From positions 1 to 60,105 of the forward strand of contig JBLFWZ010000003.1 in the NCBI GenBank assembly GCA_047611905.1: a stretch of DNA of 60,105 bases. Reading direction: 5' to 3'. The notes under the pieces were generated by a model. It worked only from the letters and a program-made list of their open reading frames with translations. It made no database searches and was not told where the DNA came from. This DNA comes from Gammaproteobacteria bacterium. Its GTDB lineage: Bacteria > Pseudomonadota > Gammaproteobacteria > Ga0077536. The stretch's first letter is position 1. Each line of letters begins with the position of its first letter. Shown in pieces: positions 53,359-60,105 of this stretch. Both the position numbers and the translations under genes were made by a program.

Positions 53359-54126
53359 TTGCGTCAAATATTTCAGCTTTGCCAGCGTGTTTACAATATG
53401 GGCGACTTGTTGGCTCCGGTTATTACTGAGCGCCTATTCGACGTCCCGGTCCACCGCGTCTATGGCGCCCAGACAAACGATTTTAAAGAACGGCCCTTGT
53501 TGGCCGGGCTCGGGAGTATTTTGGCAAATTTTGGCGACCTAAATGTTCACGTCTGGGGTGCGGGATACGAACCGGGTTATATATTTCGACGTTACATGAG
53601 GGCCCCGGGTTCGCGCCTGGGATGGAAAATACACGCCGTACGGGGGCCGCATACTGCTGCGGTTCTACGCGCCGGTAGCGAGGTTGTCCTCGGTGATCCA
53701 GGTTTGCTCGTGCCGAGATTTTACGAGCCAAAATCGGTTCAGCACGAACCAGGTCGATACTTTACGCACTGCGAGAACAAGCCAAGCGATGTGACAGTTG
53801 ATCTTCCAACGCTCAGCACAGCGCAGGAGGCGTTCGCCGTGGTCGATGCAATCGTCGCGAGCGATTTCGTCTTTACCGAAGCATTGCATGTGGCCATCGT
53901 TGCACAAGCCTTTAAGGTTCCTTGGGCTTGGAGTCTCAATAGCCACACGCGCGGCGTGTTCAAATGGTTCGATTGGTTTGCGAGTATCGGTATTGAGCCA
54001 CGCTGCTTCGATTACACAGAAGTCCAAGGCGCAAAGCGCTGGGCGCTGGACGCGCATCGGCGAGCGCAGCCTCCTTCGAGCGAGGCGCTACTGCGAGCTT
54101 TCCCGCGAGAACTACTGGAAGACTAA
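53359..54126 (+). CDS. Polysaccharide pyruvyl transferase family protein (ExoV-like)
   Basis: NMGDLLAPVITERLF (compare NFGDdLn..lw), HAVRGPHTAAVL, TEALHVAIVAQAFKVPWAW and KWFDWFASIG resemble the ExoV-type motifs I recall. TTG start at 53359 (alternative ATG 53398). Confidence 0.5.
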   Translation: MRQIFQLCQRVYNMGDLLAPVITERLFDVPVHRVYGAQTNDFKERPLLAGLGSILANFGDLNVHVWGAGYEPGYIFRRYMRAPGSRLGWKIHAVRGPHTAAVLRAGSEVVLGDPGLLVPRFYEPKSVQHEPGRYFTHCENKPSDVTVDLPTLSTAQEAFAVVDAIVASDFVFTEALHVAIVAQAFKVPWAWSLNSHTRGVFKWFDWFASIGIEPRCFDYTEVQGAKRWALDAHRRAQPPSSEALLRAFPRELLED

Positions 54127-54248
54127 TAATTTGAGCTGCAGCTTGCAGCACCCAGCGTTAACAACGGCCGGTCGGCGGCGTCTTTCGCTCGCAGAGCGAC
54201 GACTAACCGGTGCGCCGTTCAGTAAATTAAGTTACCTCTAATCGCGAT

Positions 54249-55661
54249 TTAGAATTGGTAGCCGAGACCAAGATTGAAACCATCCAAGGTGCGATCGACG
54301 GGCTTGTCGGCGTCTTCCCACTGGCCGTCGATTTTGAAGACGACTTGTGGCGTAGGCCAGTAGTTAATTCCGATCGCAATTTGATCATAACGATCGAAGC
54401 GATGTCGCGCGGATCCGAGGTTGTTTCGCTCATCCCATTCGGCATAACGCGCAAAAACGCCGAATTCGCCGGGCAACATAAAAGGACTCGCGAATCGATA
54501 AGCGGGTTCGATGTAAAAACCATCTAGATCCTCTGCATCGAATGCATCGGCATTAAGGTCGGCGGTTGGCATGTCGTCGAAAAACCAACTGGCATAAAAC
54601 GCTCGTAAGCCAAAGCCACTCGAATGTTTCCAATCGACGTGGGCTTGCACTAAGAAGGCGTCAACATCGAAGGCATCTGCTGTACCGGTGTAGTCCGCTT
54701 GATATTGGCCCGACAGTGACACTTCCAGACCCGGCATGCCGGTGTAGCGAATGCGTCCGGTGAGCGCGTAATCCGTGTCGTCAGCCTCTGCGATTTTCGT
54801 GCGTCCGCTGCGTGGTCGAAACGCGCTACTACCCGACGTTGGAATCTTCAAGCCCGAATGGATCAACATATCGTAGTTCCAACCTTGTGCGATTTCGCCG
54901 TTCAATCCGGCAGCGGCTTCCCACCACGTCGTTGGAATAATTTCACTTTCGACTCGGTTTCTTTCCACGCCATAAAACGTATTGGGTTCGTGAGTCACGT
55001 TGATTAGACCAACAGGAAGAATGTTGAGGCCGGCACGAAAGCGATGTTTAGAAGTGATATCCATTTCGATCCAAGCTTGTTCGAGTTCCACTTCGCCGGG
55101 CTGACCGTCGCCGGCGACGGAATGTTCAATTTCCACTTCGGAGAAAAATCGGATCGAATCAGTGAATTCATGTGCGAGGTAAAAGACGAAACGGTGAAAA
55201 TCGACTCGATTACGATCATCCGCTGCACCATCGCCACTAGCACTCGTCGAGTTGTCATCCAAATCGTTGTAGTGCAACTCGCCGTAGCCACCGACGCTGG
55301 TTGTATTCGCCCACGACACGCCACCTCGATATCTCTCGGACGCTGGCATATTTATGCTGCCTCCCGCACTGGTTGTATTCGCCGACGACACACCACCTCT
55401 CGATGACTCGACCGCATCGGCCGTCGCTTCGATCTTTTGATCAAGGACAGATTGTCCTGCTTTAGTCTCCTCGATGTTCTGTTCGGCAGATTTTAAATTG
55501 CCCTGGGTCGCGGCTAGTTGTTGCTGCAGAGACTCAATGATGGCTTGTTGTTGCTGAACGATTTTCCAAACTTCGTCCAGAGTGGGTTTCGGTTCGGCAG
55601 CGATGACCAGCTGCGACATCACGGATAGCACCGTGATCCCAACTAATAAGGGGGTACGCAT
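54249..55661 (-). CDS. Outer-membrane beta-barrel porin with N-terminal coiled coil
   Basis: The signal peptide is MRTPLLVGITVLSVMSQLVIA/AEP. A Q/E-rich coiled coil follows, then alternating-hydrophobic beta strands. The C-terminus ...LGLGYQF ends in Phe, typical of OMPs. AGGAAG lies 7 nt upstream of ATG 55661. Confidence 0.7.
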   Translation of the reverse strand: MRTPLLVGITVLSVMSQLVIAAEPKPTLDEVWKIVQQQQAIIESLQQQLAATQGNLKSAEQNIEETKAGQSVLDQKIEATADAVESSRGGVSSANTTSAGGSINMPASERYRGGVSWANTTSVGGYGELHYNDLDDNSTSASGDGAADDRNRVDFHRFVFYLAHEFTDSIRFFSEVEIEHSVAGDGQPGEVELEQAWIEMDITSKHRFRAGLNILPVGLINVTHEPNTFYGVERNRVESEIIPTTWWEAAAGLNGEIAQGWNYDMLIHSGLKIPTSGSSAFRPRSGRTKIAEADDTDYALTGRIRYTGMPGLEVSLSGQYQADYTGTADAFDVDAFLVQAHVDWKHSSGFGLRAFYASWFFDDMPTADLNADAFDAEDLDGFYIEPAYRFASPFMLPGEFGVFARYAEWDERNNLGSARHRFDRYDQIAIGINYWPTPQVVFKIDGQWEDADKPVDRTLDGFNLGLGYQF

Positions 55662-55717
55662 CGAGGTCTTCCTTTCAAGCAGGTTGGTTAACAAAAAGGG
55701 ATTCTAAACGTTAATGC

Positions 55718-55740
55718 GAATGATTATCAATAGTATTAAT
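55718..55740. promoter_or_regulatory. Fur-box-like AT-rich palindromic site upstream of the porin gene
   Basis: GAATGATTATCAATAGTATTAAT contains TGATTATCA, the exact reverse complement of the TGATAATCA core of the Fur consensus GATAATGATAATCATTATC. It lies 57-79 nt upstream of the porin ATG. Confidence 0.4.
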
Positions 55741-56084
55741 ATAAACTAGTCATTGATTTTGCAATCACGGGCGGCTTGGCAAGAAACAGCGACCGATGGA
55801 GCGAATAAAATCGGATATCTAAAGAAAAGCAACGAGCTGGGCGCCTATTGATCATAGGTTCGGGGGATTCATCGCCCGCCCAATAGCGATATTTAGGTCG
55901 TGGCCAGGGCATCATAAGAAATCGGACTAGTCCCGACGACGCTTCGCAGCATTCTGTTGCATCTAATAAGCCAGTCTAAAGTCAGGTTCTATGCGTGTTG
56001 TCGGTATCATGGCGGCGACTATACACTTACCGAAGTAAACACTTACTTGCGTTGAATGCTATATCCTATATGGGGTTATCCGTT

Positions 56085-56630
56085 TTAAGTACTGTTAATT
56101 TCGGCTGGTACCCGTCCGCCGCCGCGCATGAGCGCATCGACTGAGAGGTAAACGGTCGCGGCACATCCCCAAGTCAATCCAACGAGTACCCCTGCGTCCA
56201 GGATGCCGCGCCAAGGCTGTGGCAGCGCGCGAAATAACAACACCAACACAGTGATTGCGATGGTCAGGATGACAACGCCCACAATGCGCCGACGCGGTGC
56301 GTCAAAAAAACCCATGCAAAATAGCGGGGCGAGCACAACTCTTAACCACGATTGCTCGTTCATTAAGGTCTGAGCGCGCGCCGCGAAACGCGGCGAGAAG
56401 CTCATCTGAAAGCCTTTATAGCCTTCATAGTAAGCCATCGCCAGAACGTTACCGATGAGTACACTTAAGTGCACGGTAGATAACGAACTAGACAAGGCCT
56501 CGATGGCATATGGGGCCATGCGCAGCATCGCTAGGATTAATATCAGCGTAAACCCTGCGACAGCCCAAGCCCAAACAAGATAAAGGAGACACGTTGCTAA
56601 GGGCGAACGTTGATCGGCACTAGGGGTCAT
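56085..56630 (-). CDS. Polytopic membrane protein (181 aa), unknown function
   Basis: Five hydrophobic helices. Start placed at ATG 56630 (MTPSADQRSPL...). The ORF-track extension to 56714 is hydrophilic and overlaps the neighbouring ORF. Confidence 0.5.
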   Translation of the reverse strand: MTPSADQRSPLATCLLYLVWAWAVAGFTLILILAMLRMAPYAIEALSSSLSTVHLSVLIGNVLAMAYYEGYKGFQMSFSPRFAARAQTLMNEQSWLRVVLAPLFCMGFFDAPRRRIVGVVILTIAITVLVLLFRALPQPWRGILDAGVLVGLTWGCAATVYLSVDALMRGGGRVPAEINST

Positions 56631-56788
56631 TTGAAGTCGAATCTTGCATGGAATCTCTACAGAGGAAAGCCGTGATCGGTGGCGGAATAACTGTTGGCTT
56701 AGAAAATTCTCCACAGCACATTCATGCGAACCGCGATCCCGACAGGCCGCAGTATACTGATATCCACGATCACTTTGTCACACAGCCG

Positions 56789-57184
56789 ATGCCACGAATA
56801 CTAATTGCCGAGGACAATGACGATAATCGCGAAATTCTAAGCGAGTTCCTCACTGATGAAGGACATGAAGTCACCACGGCCGGCAACGCGGCGGACGCGA
56901 TTGCCTTGGCAGTAAAATTGCGGCCCGCCCTGATTCTAATGGATCTGCAGATGTCGGACTCTGACAGTTCGCCCAGTCTAAATGACAGCGCAGGCGTCAC
57001 CGCCGCCAGTTTTCTTAGGGCTCACTCAACAACCGTAACGATCCCAATTGTAGCGCTGAGCGGCTATAACCTCTCATCTGCGGATCCGTCCATCGAGGCC
57101 GGACGGTTCACGTGCGTTGCGAGCAAACCGTTTGATTTTGCCGAACTAGCAAGCTTAATTACCACGTTACTTGAAACCGCATGA
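56789..57184 (+). CDS. Stand-alone response-regulator receiver (CheY-like) with a Ser/Asp-rich insertion after the phospho-acceptor Asp
   Basis: It has MPRILIAEDNDDN, ALILMDLQM (acceptor Asp), IVALSG and ASKPF. An insertion SDSDSSPSLNDSAGVT follows the DLQM motif. The start is uncertain (56648 or 56789). Confidence 0.75.
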   Translation: MPRILIAEDNDDNREILSEFLTDEGHEVTTAGNAADAIALAVKLRPALILMDLQMSDSDSSPSLNDSAGVTAASFLRAHSTTVTIPIVALSGYNLSSADPSIEAGRFTCVASKPFDFAELASLITTLLETA

Positions 57185-57981
57185 GCAGCTCCGCGGCACA
57201 AGCAAATCTATACGCGGCGAGCCATCGTATCGTCGAACTGAGTCGCGCGCTTAGCAGCGAATTAAGCAAACAAGACATCGACGAAAAGACCCGGGGTTTT
57301 TTGCTACGAATGTCGAATTCTGCCGGCGAACTAGATCTAGCGCTCAATCGGACTGGCGAGCCTAACGAAAGCTCGCGTGAGTACCTACACACAATCCGCA
57401 ACCATTTAAATCAAATTTCAGGACCGTGCCAGCTCCTGCTTCGGCGCCTCGGCGCGCTCGCGCAAGAACCGCTGGCAGAAATTGAAAAACTCGTTCGCGA
57501 CTGCGCGGAATTACTAGAGCCCGGATCGCTGTCGTGCGAAACGGTGGTTGTCGCCTCAAGTCGCTCCGCTGAGCCCGTGCTTGCGCCCTCGGCGGCTAGG
57601 ATTCTGGTTGCAGAAGATAACCTCGCTAATCGACAACTGCTTACTGACGTACTAATTGACGAAGGTCACCTTGTCGAACTTGCTAGCGATGGGGTCGAGG
57701 CGTTGGCGCTTGCCGAAAGTGCGGATTTCGATTTGCTGTTACTCGATTTGGGCTTACCGAAAATTAGCGGATTTGAGGTTCTGGAACGTCTCCAAGCTCG
57801 CGGTTGGCAGACACCAGTTATCGTCGTCACGGGTCGAAGCGCCGTGCACGACGCCGTTCGTTGTATTGAGCATGGCGCGGACGACTTTTTAACTAAGCCT
57901 ATTCAAATCGAAATATTGCGCGTAAGGGTCAATTCCTGTGTGGAAAAGATGCGCTTGCGCGAGCGCGAATTTGGTCAATGA
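57181..57981 (+). CDS. Helical HPt/DHp-like N-domain + receiver domain protein
   Basis: The C-terminal REC reads ARILVAEDNLANRQLL, DLLLLDLGLPKISG, VIVVTG and TKP. The N-terminal ~130 aa are helical, with LHTIRNHLNQISG reminiscent of a phosphotransfer His helix. Its ATG overlaps the upstream stop (ATGA 57181-57184). Confidence 0.7.
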   Translation: MSSSAAQANLYAASHRIVELSRALSSELSKQDIDEKTRGFLLRMSNSAGELDLALNRTGEPNESSREYLHTIRNHLNQISGPCQLLLRRLGALAQEPLAEIEKLVRDCAELLEPGSLSCETVVVASSRSAEPVLAPSAARILVAEDNLANRQLLTDVLIDEGHLVELASDGVEALALAESADFDLLLLDLGLPKISGFEVLERLQARGWQTPVIVVTGRSAVHDAVRCIEHGADDFLTKPIQIEILRVRVNSCVEKMRLREREFGQ

Positions 57982-58780
57982 GCTTCCGAGTCACGATGCT
58001 GAAGTTTCTGTTTTGTTTTGTGATATCCGAAGCTTCACTGCGATTAGTGAGCGCCTCGCACCCGACATCACAATGCGTTGGCTGCGTGCTGTGATGCATG
58101 AATTATCCGAGCTTATTATTGATAACGAAGGGGTGTTGGTTGATTTTGCCGGCGACGAAATCATGGCAATGTGGGGCGCCCCTGAGGCGGCCCAAGAACA
58201 CGCGACTCGGGCCTGCAACACTGCGGTACAGATCTTGGAACGGCTACCGACAGTAAGCGCCAAGTGGCACGAGCAGATTGGCGTCGAAACGGATCTTGCG
58301 ATTGGCGTTAATTCCGGACGTGCGATGGTTGGCCACATTGGTACCGCACGCAAAACGAAATATGGACCGCTCGGTGACACCGTCAATATTGGCAGCCGTA
58401 TTTTAGGCGCGACGGCTCACTTGAGAACTCGCTTACTAATTTCTGGGCAAACTCGTGCTGCTGTTGATCAACATTGGACGAACGGATCGTTGCGGCGCTT
58501 GTGCCAGGTTCGGATGAAGAATTTGGCCCAGAGCGTTGAGTTGTTCGAGCTCAGACCCCTATCCGCCAGCACATTGCCGAATGATTTGACCAACCGATAC
58601 GAGCAGGCCCTCGCTTGCTATGAATCGCAGTCGCTACAACAAGCCGCCGCCTTGCTTGGCCAACTACTCGTTGATTATCCGGACGACGGGCCATCATTGA
58701 TGCTGATGTCGCGGGTTGTGGCAGCCATGTTGGACGAAGACTTGATACTCGATACGGTGTGGACCTTACCGAGTAAGTAA
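57938..58780 (+). CDS. Class III adenylate/guanylate cyclase catalytic domain protein with short C-terminal TPR-like tail
   Basis: It has EVSVLFCDIRSFTAISE, FAGDEIMAMWGAP, IGVNSGRAMVGHIG and YGPLGDTVNIGSRI, which are canonical CHD motifs. No in-frame ATG precedes the domain. It would start at GTG 57938 (44-nt overlap with the upstream gene) or TTG 57970, or be a frameshifted continuation of the REC gene. Confidence 0.7.
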   Translation: MWKRCACASANLVNELPSHDAEVSVLFCDIRSFTAISERLAPDITMRWLRAVMHELSELIIDNEGVLVDFAGDEIMAMWGAPEAAQEHATRACNTAVQILERLPTVSAKWHEQIGVETDLAIGVNSGRAMVGHIGTARKTKYGPLGDTVNIGSRILGATAHLRTRLLISGQTRAAVDQHWTNGSLRRLCQVRMKNLAQSVELFELRPLSASTLPNDLTNRYEQALACYESQSLQQAAALLGQLLVDYPDDGPSLMLMSRVVAAMLDEDLILDTVWTLPSK

Positions 58781-58926
58781 CCGGAACGAGGATCACGAGT
58801 TGTCGATGTGCAATGGTCCGATCCGCACCGGTAAACAAGCATCAGTTTCTCCGAGCTGTGCGATCTTGATTGACAGCGGTTAAACTAAATTTGATATTCC
58901 GTTCGGAACACGTAAATCGAGCCTAA

Positions 58927-60105
58927 GATGCGACTATATCGAAAACTCCGTCTTCAACCGATTCGGGTCCTATCGAATCGAGCGAGCGTAATACAAGTGA
59001 CGCGCCAAGTGGATCAGAAGATCTCTATCAACTAATTTTTAGCACTTCATTCGACGGCGTAGCGATCATCGATCGCAATGGTCTCGCGGTCGAAGTTAAT
59101 CCGGCGCTCGGAAAAATTGACGGCTACAGCAGAGATGAAGTGATCGGGAAGTTGCCGCCGCGTTTCCGCACGCCCGAAGACCGGGCGGCGCTTGATGCGC
59201 TACTCAATCGTGTGCTCGCGGGAGAGACGATCGAGGCGGAAGTATTTCTGACGCACAAAAACGGTACGCGACGGCCGGCTGAGACGCGCAGCGCACGAAT
59301 TATCTATCGCGGTGAGCCACATATGGTGGTCGTAGTCAGAGACCTCAGTGAACGCACCGAGCACGAAGGTGAATTGCGGCGTAGCGAGGATCGCTATCGC
59401 GCAACGTTCAAGGCGTCGGCCGATGGGCTGGTCGTGGTGAACAACCAGGGCCAAGTAGTCGACATCAACCCGGCGATGAGTCAGCTCGACGGATTTAGCC
59501 GCGAGGAAGTGCTCGGGCAGTAGCCGCCGGCGGTCCGCGATCCGCAATGGCATAAGAACTACCGTGATTATCTCGATCTGGTTCTGGCTGGCGGCTCGGG
59601 GGATAGTGAAGCGCTGGGCGCACGCAAAGATGGTACGCACTACATGGCGGAATTGCGCAGCGTGCGTATCGATTGCCGCGATCATCCACACGTACTCGTT
59701 GTTGTGCGCGACATTAGCGAGCGGCGCGAGCGCGAACTCGAATTAGCGCGCAGCGAAGATCAATATCGAACCGTGTTCGAGGGAATGATCGATGGACTCG
59801 TATTACTTCGCGCGGACGGCATCGTAGTCGACGCAAACCAAGCGATGCTCGATCTTGACGGATTTGGCCGCGAGGAAGTCATCGGTAATTTCCCGCCAAC
59901 GTACATAGGACATTCGGATCGGATTGCGGCGCACCGGGAATATCTTCGCCGCGTCCTAAACGATGAGCCCGTTAAGTCGGACTTTCAATTCGAGTGTAAG
60001 AACGCCACATTTTATTCTGCCGAGGTCCGTCCAATTCGGGTCAACCACAATAAGGAACCACACGTACTACTGATCATCCGCGATAGTTCGAAACAGAAAG
60101 CTCAA
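58927..60105 (+). CDS. Multi-PAS sensor protein (at least three 123-aa PAS modules), partial at the right edge, interrupted by in-frame TAG at 59521..59523 and lacking a canonical in-frame start; possible pseudogene
   Basis: My translation of frame 1 gives three modules. Module 1: ...SEDLYQLIFSTSFDGVAIIDRNGLAVEVNPALGKIDGYSRDEVIGKLPP. Module 2: ...RSEDRYRATFKASADGLVVVNNQGQVVDINPAMSQLDGFSREEVLGQ*PP. Module 3: ...RSEDQYRTVFEGMIDGLVLLRADGIVVDANQAMLDLDGFGREEVIGNFPP..., which stays open to 60105. The ORF track shows only 59140..59523. Confidence 0.6.

Noticed and set aside
59521-59523. The TAG as pyrrolysine or programmed read-through.
   Set aside because: There are no pyl genes or context. The aligned residue in the sister repeats is Leu/Phe, and TAG is one substitution from the TTG of repeat 1. 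A nonsense mutation or a base-call error is the simpler explanation.
1-60105. Whole window or sub-regions as a mobile genomic island or prophage.
   Set aside because: I could recognise no integrase, transposase, phage structural gene, tRNA attachment site or flanking direct repeats. I could not compute GC or codon-usage shifts, so horizontal origin of the accessory-looking blocks (26.9-40 kb, 44-50.8 kb) is untested rather than excluded.

Overview
Dense, almost entirely protein-coding 60.1-kb chromosomal segment with about 50 genes on both strands. The gene content looks proteobacterial; my guess is an aerobic marine or aquatic gammaproteobacterium, inferred from gene families only. All family calls come from reading the ORF translations and recalling motifs; no searches were run. 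I recognised no rRNA, tRNA, CRISPR array, integrase or transposase.

Left to right:
- Partial DUF2461 gene.
- Minus-strand lysophospholipid/glycerol salvage operon: LplT-PlsC-Aas triple fusion, UgpQ-like phosphodiesterase, GlpK, GlpD.
- XRE regulator, ChaC, AsmA.
- Degenerate-GGDEF/cupin protein that keeps its I-site.
- Fpg-like glycosylase, Ada and a 2OG oxygenase.
- Divergent catabolic cluster: HyuA/HyuB hydantoinase-family enzyme, TMADH/DgcA-like flavoprotein, DMGDH-like dehydrogenase and an XRE-cupin regulator.
- Orphan tailoring cluster: two sulfotransferases, an ATP-grasp-like protein and a methyltransferase.
- An alpha/beta hydrolase with Ala at the nucleophile position, and a DHH/DHHA1 phosphoesterase.
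- Two tandem, translationally coupled paralogues (1125 and 1134 aa) with class III cyclase, STAND ATPase and TPR regions.
- A hydrophobic-substrate catabolic block: CoA-transferase, LysR, SRPBCC, DUF35 plus a Cys-less thiolase-fold protein, two copies of a [111-113 aa unknown protein + Rieske oxygenase alpha] module flanking a SnoaL-like gene, and an LLM oxidoreductase.
- DUF3095.
- A PrdB/GrdB-family gene that the ORF track splits at a single in-frame TGA, followed by a SECIS-like hairpin (candidate selenoprotein).
- ExoV-like pyruvyl transferase, and a coiled-coil porin with a Fur-box-like site.
- A REC / HPt-like-REC / class III cyclase operon, followed by a multi-PAS gene with an in-frame TAG and no canonical start.

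Best candidates for something new:
- The orphan candidate selenoprotein.
- The tandem cyclase-STAND pair with non-canonical catalytic residues.
- The sulfotransferase/ATP-grasp/methyltransferase cluster.
- The duplicated small-protein + Rieske oxygenase module.
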